A DNA stretch of 64,000 bases from Rebecca billardiae RCC1528 (lineage: Eukaryota; Protista; Haptophyta). The stretch spans positions 496,001 through 560,000 of the forward strand of contig OZ251245.1 in assembly GCA_965240325.2 (NCBI GenBank), in the 5' to 3' direction. Below the pieces are notes generated by a model that was not told the DNA's origin, did no database searches, and saw only the letters and a list, made by a program, of their open reading frames with translations. The position numbers were made by a program, and so were the translations under genes. This document shows positions 22,612-34,155 of the stretch, piece after piece; position 1 is the stretch's first letter, and each line of letters begins with the position of its first letter.

Positions 22612-23255
22612 CATGGCCGGCCCGCTTGTGCTGCTCGCCGTGGGCCGATCGAATCTAGCACGTGCGCGAGACAACTCGCGTGGCAGCGGCGTCGAGACTG
22701 CGGGCTCGTGCCCCATCATGCGCGCGCTTCAGCAGGCATGCCGGCGAACATATGCGATGGCGGCGCCGTTGTCGGAAGGGAGCGCGGGCTGCTGCGGCAT
22801 CAGAAGACGCTCACACCGGCAAGCCGTCGGCCGCCGCGCAGACACGTCACGTGCACACCACATTCTGCGCCCAGCGCGCAGCGCGCAGCGCGCATCGGCT
22901 GATGGAGACGGCATGCTCGCTTGAGAGAGGGCCGGCCAGCTTCCGAAGCGCATGAGTGGAGACGCCGCGCTGACAGCTGTATATCTATCAGCGCAACGGA
23001 TGGTGCATACGCGCGGCGTCGTGGCAAAGCAACGCACGTGCGACACCCCCTTGGTGCGACACCGCTTTTTAACCGACTCGCACTCCCGAATCTGGCCATC
23101 ACTTCACTACTAGTAGCGGATGATACGCATATATCGTGGGAACACGTTGTAGCTCTGAATCTGCGTGCAGGCGCAAGTGTGCGCCCGACCGACGAATGGC
23201 GGCAACGGTGAGGCCGTGCGGCTCCAAGCGCGCAGCGTCGGCGCCAGGTGCGAGG

Positions 23256-26200
23256 TCAGCCGTAGCGCCGCCCTGGCTTGCACACGATGAAGCCCTCGAG
23301 ATCGGCATATGTATCGCCCGCAGGCTCCTTGCGTAGAGCGGAGTCGATGTAGGGGTTGGACGACCGCGGTCGCTTGCGCTGTGCGGACCTCGGCTGCACC
23401 TCGTCTGGAGCTGACAGCTTCTCGAGCGTGGCCACACTCGCCGAGCCGCAGCGCGCGCCCCACGCGCGGTTGTTGCCCACCAGCTGGTCGAGGGCCCGCT
23501 GCAGGGAATGCATCAGGGCGCGCTCATCTGCGGAACTCGCTGTTCCCTTCCTCGCACGAAGGACGTTCGCTAGGCCCTGCTGTAGCCGCTCCGCCAGGTA
23601 TGCGTGCGCCAGGCCACGGGACGCGCCCTTGCGCGATGCCCCCGAATCATCGGGCGCAGGGTTGAACGCGGTGGCCATCATTCGCCAGACTTGGTCGTCT
23701 GCGAGTGTGCCGATGAGCTCGACGAAGGCACGCAGGGCGCCCGCTTGCGTGCGGGCGCTCTGCGCCTGGCGCGCAAAGACAGCGCACGCACGCTGGGCCT
23801 CACGCATGCACGTGCGCACTAGCCGCACCGTTGCCGCTGCAATCGCCGGAGGTACGGGCGGCGTCTCATCGGCGTTCTCGTTCTCCGGGAATGCAGATGC
23901 CATGGACCTCAGGGCACTGCAATGCGGGGTCCACGTGGCAGCGCTGCTGCTGTCACGCGACGTGCTCGAGGCCAAAACGCTCAAGGCGACTTGTAGGACG
24001 GAGAGCAGCGCCGCGCCACGGAGATGCACGAAAGGCGGTGTCGTGGCTGGGCTCGACAGTCCAGCTGCCACGTTTGCCGATCTGCGCGCGCGCGCGCGAC
24101 CTGTGGCAGCCGGTGGAGGGACACGGCCAGCACCTAGCAAGCTGGACACAAGCTCAGCGGCAACCGACGCGCGAGCCTGCGGTGCCAGGAAGCCGAGAAC
24201 CCGCCTGATGAGAGTCGACCTCGCCTTGCTCTGCGTTGGCGTACCATGCGGCATCGCTGCTGCCCTCGCCCGTGGCGGGCTGGGCTGCGCTACCGCGTCG
24301 AGGATAGCGCGTACGAGAAGCTCCAAAAGCGCCCGGTGCTCTTGCTCCGACGCCAGCGCGAGCCAAGCTTCGAGCGCGGACCCAACGCTCTGAACAAGCT
24401 CCTGGAAGGCTGCCCCAGGCAGCCTCGCAGCTGGCGAGTCCCGGCGAAATGTGCTCGCGCACATGTCCACCAGTGCACGGCTGTGCACTCGACAGCCGCA
24501 CGACGCAGCATTAGCATCACCCGTGCGCTCCGTTAGCAGCATGTGCAGGCTGCGCGCGCCGGGCATCGATGACCACACGCAGCCTTGCGCAAGCTGTGCG
24601 AGGAGACCGCCCCTGGCCGCCGCGGTGCCGAAGGCCGCGATCGTTTGCAGCGCCGCGGTAACAACGCCAAGGCTGCCATCTGCATGGTCGCTGTCGTCCG
24701 TGTCGGCACTCGCATCTGGCTCCGCCCTGCCGCGGAGCACGCACAGCCATGCGCATGAGGATGCCAACCGCAGGACGGCTGCGTCCTCCAGAGCCAGCTC
24801 ATGATTTGAGGCGCCCGCAGCGGCTCCGGCAACGAGCGAAAGCGAGCTGCTGAGAGCATGGTCCGCTAGTTCGTTGGACTCGCAACCGAGCAACTCACCG
24901 CTGCCGCCTCCGCTGTGGTTGTTCGTGGTGTCCGGAGGAGTGTGCATTGCACCGTCCATGAGCGCTTCCACCACGCCGCCATGCGCCCGTGCGTGCCGCG
25001 CGTGCAGAGCGACACTGCTGAAGAGCTGGCACGCCCGAACAACCCCCAGCACGTTGCCCGCATGTGGCTCCTCGGGGGATGCGAACGCCGTGCTGCCGCC
25101 AGTGTCCAGGCTCGCATCGGCTGCTGAGATCGATGGGGCGATGCGCAGCACATTTGTGCGCGCCGCCAACACAGCACGGGCGCGTGATGCGTCACCAGCG
25201 GCTGACTTGCCCGCTGCACTGATCGCAATCATGCTCGCCCACATCGCGGCGTGGGCCCGCGTCTCCGCGGACGTTAGCTCCGGCCGCTCGTCGCCTCGCA
25301 CGCCGACGAGGACGCGCAGTGCACTTCGCACGTCTTCATCCGACGGTGCCAGAAGGGATGCCACGCTCGCATGGAGCGCATCGAGCCAGCGGCGGCACGA
25401 GAGCTGCCCGCCTGCCTGCTCCAAGCCCCTCGCGGCCGAGAGCTTGCGGCCACCGTCAGGTGCAGGGCCCGCGGCGCCGCTGGAGCCTGCGAGCTCGCAG
25501 CCTTCCGATTCGATGACCAGCATGAGCAGCGACGGCAGGGGCTCGGCCACGCACGCCCTGTCCAAGTCGTCCGCAGCATCGCCGATGTTCTCGACGCAGC
25601 CAGCAGTCGAGAAGAAGGGGCCGCCAGGCACGTACAGGAGCTGCGAGTCGAGCTTGTCGTGCAAAGCCCCGCGCAACGATCGAAGCACGTCGCCGATCTC
25701 GCCTGGCATGCCGCGGAGCTCTTCCGCGCGGTGCGCGCGGGTGAGGAGTGGCCGCAGAAGTGTATAGACTGCACACCGATTCGCTCCGGAGCTACAGTGG
25801 AGCACCCTCAGGATCGTGGCGACCGCCGCGTGTGCCGCCTCTGGGGCGTGTGGCGGAAGCCCACCAGGCCTCCCCAGAGGCGGCTGCGATGATGACGATG
25901 GGCCGGCGTCGCCAACGATGGGTCGCAGAAGCTCGGTTGGCCCCGGAGCGCCATGCAATGGCCCGAAAGCCGTGAGCTCGAGGAGGCACACGAGCCCATG
26001 CACGGCTACGAGGCAGCCTGGCGTCGCTGCGAGAGCAGACGCCGGCAGACAGCTGCCCGCGCCACCTGGGAGATCGAGCAAGGCACCCTCACTGGCCGCT
26101 GGCGCCGCGGCGGCCGTCGCCACTGGGTTGCGCCCGGTCGCCAGCTTGTGCATCGCGGTGGTGAACTCGCGACACAGCGAGCCGTCGGGGGGAGCCAGGG

Positions 26201-27695
26201 CGACGCGCGCCAGCGCGGCAGCGATATGCGCGGCAAGTGACGGCGGCTGGATGAGGGCGAGCCGGGCGATCGTATCAGAGGCGACTTCGCGTGCGTGCGA
26301 GAAGACAGCGTCCGGCTGATTCGTGAGGATCGTGCACAGGACAGCCCCGTGTGCCTGCCGTGCGCCGTGCGCCGTGGGGGCGTCGAGGACGCCCGCCAGC
26401 AGGGCGCGGAACAGCGCGGTGCGGACTGCCGGCAGCGCGCCGACAACGGCCTCCGCCAGCAAGCACGCGTCTCCCACGGAAGGGTGATGATCGCCCGGCG
26501 CCTTGCACCCGACTGCTGCGGCGCTCACGGCATGGAGCGCGAGCTCGCACAGCGCGCCCGCGAGCAGCTCGGCGGCAGGGTGCCGCACGAGGTGCGCCCA
26601 GACGTTGTGCGGCGGGCTGCCACCGCCATGGCCAGCGTCGCTCGGCGCGCGGCTCGCTCGCACGAGCGCGCGAAGCACAGCCGACGGCGCGTCAGCAGGC
26701 GACGCACGATCCATGTTGCTGTGCCCATCCGCGTGCGCGAGCGCGAGGAAGAATAGCGCGTCGGATAAGAGCGCCTGGAGTGCAATCTCCTCGTCGGCTG
26801 CACCCCCGGGTCCCGCCGCCCACGCGGCCAGCTGCGCATCGAGCGTGCTCTGCAGCGCAGCATTGTGCGAGACAGCCAGGGCGACGACAGCGAAGAGGTC
26901 GGCCGAGGCGTCCGGGGGCGCGTCACGCGCGACCAGCCGCAGCAGGTGCGCCCATTCCTCCCCGGCTTGCCCGGGCTGCTCGGCCAATACGACGAGCTGC
27001 GCGGCGCACGAGACGAGCTCCGCACCGGTGCGGGCGGAGCGCCAAGCGCCACGCGCGCGCAGGCGCATCTCTCGCGCCTGCGCCTCGCTCAGCGGCAGAT
27101 CGGGCAGCGCCGCGAAGATGGCAGGCAGGGCGGGCGGCGGCCACGGCCGCTGCAGCAGCGCGCTGACCACGGCCTCTGCAGCTGTGCGGGCGCGTTCCAC
27201 ATCGCCAACGGCGTGGCCGACGGCGTACGCGGCGTGAGCGGCACCGACGAGCACATCGAGCGCATCGGATGCCTGGGACGCGCACTGCTCGTCGGTCAGC
27301 GCGAGCGTGCCGAGCACACCGTCAGCTGCGTCGCACGCCACGTTGATGAGCGCTGCCGCGCGCGCATCGTCTTCGCCCGGATCGCCGCCGTGCGTCAGCT
27401 CGGCTGCGAGCGAGGCGAGCACGACTTGGCACTCGTGCGTCGCGGCGGCGAGGGCCGCGCCGCGCAGCAGGCCCTCGCCGAGAAGCGTGCAGACGCAGCG
27501 CAGCGCGCCGATGCGCACGCACTCGGTCGACAGGAGCACTCGCACTATCTCGGCGCCCTCGGCTGCCGAGCCCGCGCGCACCGCCTCGCGCGCCGCGGGC
27601 CAGAGGGCGTCCAACCGACCGTCCGCCTCCCGGCCCGCGCGCGGAGCCGCATGCACAAACGCGCGGAGCTGGCCGTCGCGCAGTGCGGCGAGCAT
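23256..27695 (-). CDS. Large alpha-solenoid protein, FANCI-like (divergent)
   Basis: ~1,480-aa intronless ORF. LLQRPWPPPALPAIFAALPDLPLS..ELVSCAAQLVVL and CVAEPLPSLL recall FANCI solenoid segments (from memory, not searched). Basic/acidic C-terminus RKRPRSSNPYID..DTYADLEGFIVCK. Confidence 0.5.
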   Translation of the reverse strand: MLAALRDGQLRAFVHAAPRAGREADGRLDALWPAAREAVRAGSAAEGAEIVRVLLSTECVRIGALRCVCTLLGEGLLRGAALAAATHECQVVLASLAAELTHGGDPGEDDARAAALINVACDAADGVLGTLALTDEQCASQASDALDVLVGAAHAAYAVGHAVGDVERARTAAEAVVSALLQRPWPPPALPAIFAALPDLPLSEAQAREMRLRARGAWRSARTGAELVSCAAQLVVLAEQPGQAGEEWAHLLRLVARDAPPDASADLFAVVALAVSHNAALQSTLDAQLAAWAAGPGGAADEEIALQALLSDALFFLALAHADGHSNMDRASPADAPSAVLRALVRASRAPSDAGHGGGSPPHNVWAHLVRHPAAELLAGALCELALHAVSAAAVGCKAPGDHHPSVGDACLLAEAVVGALPAVRTALFRALLAGVLDAPTAHGARQAHGAVLCTILTNQPDAVFSHAREVASDTIARLALIQPPSLAAHIAAALARVALAPPDGSLCREFTTAMHKLATGRNPVATAAAAPAASEGALLDLPGGAGSCLPASALAATPGCLVAVHGLVCLLELTAFGPLHGAPGPTELLRPIVGDAGPSSSSQPPLGRPGGLPPHAPEAAHAAVATILRVLHCSSGANRCAVYTLLRPLLTRAHRAEELRGMPGEIGDVLRSLRGALHDKLDSQLLYVPGGPFFSTAGCVENIGDAADDLDRACVAEPLPSLLMLVIESEGCELAGSSGAAGPAPDGGRKLSAARGLEQAGGQLSCRRWLDALHASVASLLAPSDEDVRSALRVLVGVRGDERPELTSAETRAHAAMWASMIAISAAGKSAAGDASRARAVLAARTNVLRIAPSISAADASLDTGGSTAFASPEEPHAGNVLGVVRACQLFSSVALHARHARAHGGVVEALMDGAMHTPPDTTNNHSGGGSGELLGCESNELADHALSSSLSLVAGAAAGASNHELALEDAAVLRLASSCAWLCVLRGRAEPDASADTDDSDHADGSLGVVTAALQTIAAFGTAAARGGLLAQLAQGCVWSSMPGARSLHMLLTERTGDANAASCGCRVHSRALVDMCASTFRRDSPAARLPGAAFQELVQSVGSALEAWLALASEQEHRALLELLVRAILDAVAQPSPPRARAAAMPHGTPTQSKARSTLIRRVLGFLAPQARASVAAELVSSLLGAGRVPPPAATGRARARRSANVAAGLSSPATTPPFVHLRGAALLSVLQVALSVLASSTSRDSSSAATWTPHCSALRSMASAFPENENADETPPVPPAIAAATVRLVRTCMREAQRACAVFARQAQSARTQAGALRAFVELIGTLADDQVWRMMATAFNPAPDDSGASRKGASRGLAHAYLAERLQQGLANVLRARKGTASSADERALMHSLQRALDQLVGNNRAWGARCGSASVATLEKLSAPDEVQPRSAQRKRPRSSNPYIDSALRKEPAGDTYADLEGFIVCKPGRRYG

Positions 27696-27870
27696 CTGAT
27701 TCTGCTCGTCAGTGTTCGCGCCGGAGCTGCTGCCGCCGCCGGCCCGATCGCGGTCGCTCCTGATCGCTGCGTTGCTCGCGCGGTCTCGCGCAGTGCACAC
27801 ACGCCGCTGCAGCCTGCACAGGCAGGTGCGGCTCCGGCTCGGCGCTCGCCGGACTCCATTCATCGGCAGC

Positions 27871-28287
27871 ATGTCGTCGACGTGGTGGCAGAGCCTCAAG
27901 TTTGTCTTCTGGCCACCCTACCGGCGGCGGTATCAAGAGGCGATGCTGTCAGCGCTCCGGCGGCGGCAGGCGAAGGTGCAGGCGCAGATCGCGGCGAAGT
28001 ACGGGAAGGAGTCAAAGATTGCCGAGCAGGCCAGGCAAATGGTGAGGAGTTCGCTCGCACATGCTTCTCGTGCCATCGACACGGTGCGCTCCGTCAGCGA
28101 AGCGGAGCGCGCGCGCCAGCAGGCGGAAACCCTGCAGCGCATCAGCGCCCGGCTTGAGGAGATGCGCCCTCTCCTCGTCCGCGAGCGACGTCTGGACATG
28201 CTCGCCGAGGCCGAGCGCGTGATCAAGGCGCGGCAGGAACGCGAGGCTGCAAGACGTGATGGCCCGCGCACGCCGCCCTCGACGTGA
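27871..28287 (+). CDS. Small helical hypothetical protein, head-to-head with the FANCI-like gene
   Basis: 138-aa ORF MSSTWWQSLKFVFWPP.. with coding-like GC3 and non-shadow composition. Confidence 0.55.
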   Translation: MSSTWWQSLKFVFWPPYRRRYQEAMLSALRRRQAKVQAQIAAKYGKESKIAEQARQMVRSSLAHASRAIDTVRSVSEAERARQQAETLQRISARLEEMRPLLVRERRLDMLAEAERVIKARQEREAARRDGPRTPPST

Positions 28288-28833
28288 TGCGAGCTGCATC
28301 TCGGTGGCCGTACTGAATCATGACCGCAGCGTGACGTGTTGCGCGTGCTCGGGCCTAGATGCATCGCATCGGGCCGCCCTGCAACTCAGCTCGAGGAGTT
28401 CTCACAGCCGCGGCCCGTCGGCCGGCCGCGCCGCGCGCACTCCCAGCCGCAGCGACGCCGAGGTCGCCAAGGCTCCGAATGATATCCGACAATTCAGTCA
28501 CTTCTGCAGCCGTAGCATCAGCATGCCTACGTGGCGTATCACTGTAGTGCTGCTGATCGAACAGCTTATATCATGGATACTCAGCTAGGTGCTGCTCGTC
28601 TACTGACTGCTGCTGTAACTAAGTCTAACTGCGGAGTGCGCGGCGGTCTTCCGCAGATCGAAAATAAAATCGCCGCGCGCGCGGAAAAGGCGAAAAGCGC
28701 GTGCTGGGAGAAAAAAGGGCCCGTGATATCGAGAAATAAATCAGGGAAAAGCCAAAGCGCACGTCTCCCGGCGATGGCTACCGCGTGTCGCGCGTCGTGC
28801 TGAGCCCTCTCGGAAAGTCGAACGAAGCGCTCC

Positions 28834-30163
28834 ATGGCGGGCGAGAAACGGTCCACACCGGGCGTGGAGCAGTCGTCCGAGCTCGTGGTGAAGAAGCCGC
28901 GCTGCGATGGCGCGCTCATCGCCGCGCCGGGGGGCGGCGGCAAGCTCAGCGTGCCGGGCGGGAGTGTGCCGCGCACGTCCGACCTGGCGGCGCCGATCAT
29001 GAAGCTGAGTGGCCACCAGGGCGAGGTGCTGGCCACGCGCTTCAGCCCGTGCGGCAACTACCTCGCAAGCGCGGGCTTCGATAGGGACGTGCTCCTCTGG
29101 CAGGTGTTCGGCGAGTGTCGCAACTACTGCGTGCTGCGCTCGCACCACAAGGCGGTGCTGCAGCTCTCGTGGGCCGCCGACTCGACGCAGCTTTACAGCT
29201 GCTCGGCGGACAAGTCGCTGTGCTCGTGGGATGCGGAGTACGGCGAGCGGATACAGCGGCTGGTAGGGCACTCGTCCCACGTGAACAGTGTCAGCGCAGC
29301 TCTCGAGAGCAGGGGGGTGCTCGCGAGCGGGTGCGCGCAGGCCGCGCGCGCGCGCGGCGCGCCGCACACGCGCAGATGTGCGGTCGACTCACGGGCGTGG
29401 CCCCGCGCTGACGCCACGCCGCGTCCGCCGCGCAGGTCGGATGACAGCACCTGTCGCATCTGGGACGCGCGCAGTCGATACGCCGTGCGCACCCTCCCGC
29501 AGCCGTATGCGTGCACGGCGGTGGAGCTCAGCGCGGACGGCACGCGGCTGAGCGCGGGCGGCATTGACAACGTGGTGCGCATCTACGACCTGCGCAAGGG
29601 GGACGACGAGGACGCGGTGACCATCAGGCTTGAAGGGCATCAGGATACCATCACTGGTCAGCGCGCGCACGCGCCGCGCCTCGCCTCTCGCGCGCGAGCG
29701 CGCTGCGCTGCCCCGCGCCCAAGCGGCCGCCCGCCCACGCGGTGCGCGCCCCCGGCCCCGGCCCCGCCCGGCCGTCCGGTGCGCAGGCCTGCGACTGAGC
29801 CCCGATGGCTCGTACCTGCTCTCGCACGCGATGGACAACACCGTCCGCTCGTGGGACGTCCGCCCGTTCGTGGCCACGGAGAGCCGCGCCGTCAGCCTCT
29901 TCCTGGGCGCGCAGCAGAACTACGAGAAGAACCTGCTGCGGTGCGCGTGGGACCCGCAGGGCACGCGCGTCGCGGCCGGCTCGTCTGACTGGTTTGTGCA
30001 CATCTGGGACGTGCAGACGAGCAAGATCGCGTATAAGCTCCCAGGCCACCGCGGCTGCGTGAATGAGGTGGACTTCCACCCCACGCAACCCATCGTCGCG
30101 TCGTGCAGCTCCGACAAGACCATCTACCTGGGCGAAGTCGAGGCTGCTGCTGGGGCGTCCTGA
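28834..30163 (+). CDS. SNRNP40: U5 snRNP 40-kDa WD40 protein; introns 29331-29435, 29657-29786
   Basis: PRTSDLAAPIMKLSGHQGEV, LASAGFDR, G|SDDSTCRIWD, GHQDTITGL, MDNTVRSWDVRPF, EKNLLRC, YKLPGHRGCVNEVDFHP, SSDKTIYLGE. Confidence 0.92.
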
Positions 30164-30780
30164 CGGCCACTGGCACGGACCGCAAGCCGCAAGGCAGCAG
30201 GGGCAGCCGGCTGCACGCGTTCCGATGGCGGGGTCGGGAGGGCACCACCAGGCCGTTGATCTGCCCGGTCGTTGCGGCAGCTTCGGGCGCCGATGCTGCC
30301 TTCCTGGGTGGCTGCCAGTTGGCATTTGCCGGGACGTCGTCGACGCTGCAATGTCCCGGCTTCCGCCTAGCGACGACTCAAGAGTCGCTCAGGTGACGAC
30401 GCGGCGGAGCATATCATGGCCGCCATCTGCGCCGCCAGGCGCGCCGCGCGCGCAACCTTTCAGTGCTGTAATCTGTACATATATCACTCCGCGCGAGGCC
30501 GAGGGTCCGAGCGTTATTGAGCGATGTCCGATGATGTACCAGTTAGTCTATGACGCTCCGCTCCGTGCGACTCGCAAGTCTGTCTGTCAATGTAAGCACC
30601 TCGTCCGACGCTCGCGTCGTCATCTCGACATCTTCAATCTCGTGAGGCGAGATGAGGGGCCGACGACGGCGGCGGCGACGAGCTCATGATCACGCGAAAA
30701 CCGAGCTTGCTTTTTCCGACGACTTGAGTCCAGACGAGGAGCGTCATCGCTCATCGGCGACGAGGCGTTCGGCGTTCGGA

Positions 30781-31434
30781 ATGGACGTCACCAGGATGAC
30801 GGCCACGTGGGCGTGCGCGCTCATCGCTCTGGCGCTCGCGCCCCAGGCAGCCCTTGGCATGAGCTCTCCGTCGAAGCTTATGGTTGGCACACACGGGCAG
30901 GGAAGCCGCTTCATCCCCCTGCAGGTGCTGCGCAAGGACGACAGCCTTCCCCGCCTGCTGCCGGTGGCCGGCATGCTCCCGCACTGCACGGAGGAGGACA
31001 TCATGCGACCCGTCAGTCCGTCGGAGCCCGCGCCGGGGCGCTGGAAGTACTACAAGCTGACGGGTGCGGAGGCCCCGTTTGGCTTTGTGTGCATGAGCGT
31101 CCCCGAGACGTTCCTCACGGCGGAGAGCCCGGTTGTGCTCGTGGCGATGGCGTCAGACCTTGGCATCCCGCTCACCGATGGCAAGAACGACGAGGTCTTG
31201 GTCCTGGTCGACCGGAAGGATCCGGCGTGCAGCGATCCCGAGGCGTTCAACAACAGGAAATTCTACGTCTTCGGCGAGCCGGACGGCCGGGTCGGCATCC
31301 GGTGGCAGGAGGAGCCCTGCCTGGCAGGCGAGCGCATCCTCGGCAAGGTGCTCTACGTGAACGTGCCCTACATCGAGCCGAAGAACAAGCCAAACACGGG
31401 GTTCGCCGAGACGAGCGATGAGTTTGAGTTCTGA
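30781..31434 (+). CDS. Hypothetical protein with signal peptide (secreted or plastid-targeted)
   Basis: WACALIALALAPQAALG leader followed by a globular region with strong coding codon bias. Confidence 0.7.
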   Translation: MDVTRMTATWACALIALALAPQAALGMSSPSKLMVGTHGQGSRFIPLQVLRKDDSLPRLLPVAGMLPHCTEEDIMRPVSPSEPAPGRWKYYKLTGAEAPFGFVCMSVPETFLTAESPVVLVAMASDLGIPLTDGKNDEVLVLVDRKDPACSDPEAFNNRKFYVFGEPDGRVGIRWQEEPCLAGERILGKVLYVNVPYIEPKNKPNTGFAETSDEFEF

Positions 31435-31754
31435 TCCAACCGCTGGGCCGCATCTTGGCGTCGCCGACCGCGTTGCAGACGTCGACGTCGATCAAGCAGC
31501 GCCACATAGCTGCTTGCGCGACAGCAGCAGCCAGTCTCTGTCACGCTGCATGGCGTTCAGAGCTATCGGAGTCTAAGCGCCAGCGCTCAGGCTGCAGGGG
31601 TTGGCACGCGACGCGGCTTCCCGCGAGACGCCTTCGTGCTCAGGCAGTGGACACCGAAGGCCGGCGGTCGTCCCGCGTCGGTTCAATTCGGTACGGTGCC
31701 GTGCTGGCGTCGTCACTCTGACTGCGCGCTGAATAATTACGTACGGACTACCGT

Positions 31755-31877
<123 letters not shown>

Positions 31878-33061
31878 TCGTAGCCGTGCTGCGCGCGGCT
31901 CTGAGCCGTGCCAGACGCGTAGTAGCGCCCGCCGGTCATGCTGCCGCGGGCTGCGACTCGTAGTCACAGCTCCGGCTCGGCCTCAGCGGCGAGTCCGAGT
32001 AGTAACCGGTGATGAAACGTAGTAGTGATGATGATGATGATGGTCGTCGATATATGCTGCGATTATGATGATGATATGATGCTAATATATATAATAATAA
32101 TTCGCATCCTCGCAGCGTCGTCAGGATCCGACCGGCTGCCAGCAGACTGAATCAGTGATCCCGGTCGTCACCGACCCGGCGCAGGGGGCTCCGAGGCGGC
32201 CGCCGGCCCGGCGCGGTACGGCGTGCGGGCGGACGCGCCGGCCGAGCAGGCTCATTGCAGCCTGACCGCACGGCGGTCCCAGTAATGTCGTAGTAGTCGT
32301 ATATGATGACTGCGTAGTCGTGTCAGTATTACTCACTCATTGCAGTGCTGACTGTCACTCAGCTAGTATATGCCAGTAGTCACGGTCGTCCGACGACCGC
32401 CACTGCTAACTAAGTACTGCTTCGTCGTGGACCGGTGGTGATCAGGCTCAGTGGTGGCGGGACACCTGCCCTAGCTGCTGGGTAATATTTGTCGTCGTGA
32501 TGACGAATAATCGTTCGTTCTCATCAGGCATCAGCGACTACCGGTCAGTCGGGTCGATTGGCGGATTGACAGTGCGGATTGGTCATTGGTGCATTGCGAA
32601 TCGGCTGAGTCGCAATGCACCATCATTGCGCTCGGATCGGCGCGGACGAGTCAGCCATGCGGCAGCGCGAGCGACGACAAAACCGCGAGATTTCATACTC
32701 GCGCTTATATTGTCGTCGTTATTTTTCATAGTACGCTCATCACGGTTACTCACACCCGTGCAGACTGCCCTGTGGCCAAACTCCGGGTACAGTCGCCCGG
32801 GTCAACAACAAAGACACAAAAAGAGCCTCACAAAGCCAGACGAGCAGCAGCAAGAAGGGCTCATCACCGCCCACAAAAGACGGAGTCTCTACGAAGCCAG
32901 AGAGCAGACAAGCACGCAGGGTGGAACACCTGGGAGAGACCAGGCGGGGAGAGCAGAAAGAACCTCGACAACAAATCCGTCAGAACACTACTGGACAGGA
33001 CTACACGGCCCCTCGCGGGGTGTCCAACAGGAGACTTACGCGGCTATGTCGGAGTAGGACT

Positions 33062-33167
33062 AGGAGTTGAATATTCGGAATAAGAGCCCGAAACGACTGA
33101 CGAGCTAAATCGGTTCACGCGAACCGATTTCTAATAAAGCTCAGTCGTTTCGGGCTCTTCAACTCCT
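33062..33167. other. Long imperfect foldback/hairpin at the end of an A-rich, TE-like segment (~32700-33170)
   Basis: aagagcccgaaacgactga (33082-33100) pairs with 33141-33159; aaatcggttc with gaaccgattt (33107-33130); aggagttgaa with ttcaactcct. Confidence 0.75.
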
Positions 33168-33348
33168 CGGACACTTATTATATATTATATAATAATAATA
33201 AGTGATGACGACGCCGATGACTCGACGATGCTGATATTATTATGAATCACCGCGGACTGCACTTGACCCGCGCACGTCTAAGATGCGGCCATGGCCCCCG
33301 CTCCGATCTGCACAGGCGTGCGCGGGCGGCCCAGTAGGTCAGCGTGAG

Positions 33349-34032
33349 TCAGGTGGTGGCTCCGGCGTGATACAGCTGCACGCAGCAGATGGTGTGGCAC
33401 CCTTCGAGCCGCCGGTTGTACACGAGCTTCAAATGCGCCAAGCACGTCGGCGGTGCATCCGCGCCCGCCGAGGCCAGCGTGAGCTCTGCAAAGTAATCCA
33501 GCGCATCCGGGTGCTTCCGCCCGCGCTGGCCCTCCGTGGCGGGTCCGTCCTCTCCCCAGTCGGCCGGCCTGCCAATGAGCGTGAAGTTTCGCGCCGCCAG
33601 CAGTGGGGCGTAATGGGTGCGCACCTCGTCTGCCCACGCGTCGAAATCGAGCACCTCGCCGCTGCAGTGGCCGTTGATCTCGGTGCTGCAGCGCCAGCTG
33701 CACCGGCGCGATGCGTCGGTGGCGGAAGCATGCAGGGAGGTCGCCCAGGCCGGGACTGTGCTGAAGCGGAAGGCGCTCCTGAGATCGCCAGACATGCAGG
33801 CCAGGAGCGCAAACTGCACGATCGCCTTGGGCGCAAACACGGCCCCGCCCTCTGCGCCGGCCGCGTGCATGCGGTCGTAGGCGCTCGTGCCCAGCACGGT
33901 GCGCTTGCGCGCTTCAGCCGCAAACCGCGCTTCAGGGGGAAGCTCATCCGCCGTCGAAGCCCGAGCCACCGCCCGAGCGGCGTGCCGGCTGCGAGCAAGC
34001 AGGCGGCCGGCGGTCTGGCGCGTGACGGCCAT
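33349..34032 (-). CDS. Hypothetical protein with Arg/Ala-rich transit-peptide-like N-terminus
   Basis: ORF MAVTRQTAGRLL.. with globular-looking C-terminal part; divergent from the PUS gene. Confidence 0.5.
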   Translation of the reverse strand: MAVTRQTAGRLLARSRHAARAVARASTADELPPEARFAAEARKRTVLGTSAYDRMHAAGAEGGAVFAPKAIVQFALLACMSGDLRSAFRFSTVPAWATSLHASATDASRRCSWRCSTEINGHCSGEVLDFDAWADEVRTHYAPLLAARNFTLIGRPADWGEDGPATEGQRGRKHPDALDYFAELTLASAGADAPPTCLAHLKLVYNRRLEGCHTICCVQLYHAGATT

Positions 34033-34155
34033 GCTGGACGGGCACCGCTGGGGCTTCCACCGCGGTCCGGACGGCGTCACGGCGACGTTCAGCACTGATG
34101 GTTCCGGGCTTGTCGACGCCGCCGCCGCTCGCCAGCAAGGGCCGCGTGTACGTGG

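Noticed and set aside
33082-33110. Hammerhead ribozyme (GAAAC..CTGACGA)
   Set aside because: The core boxes are too close and in an order that leaves no room for stems I and III.
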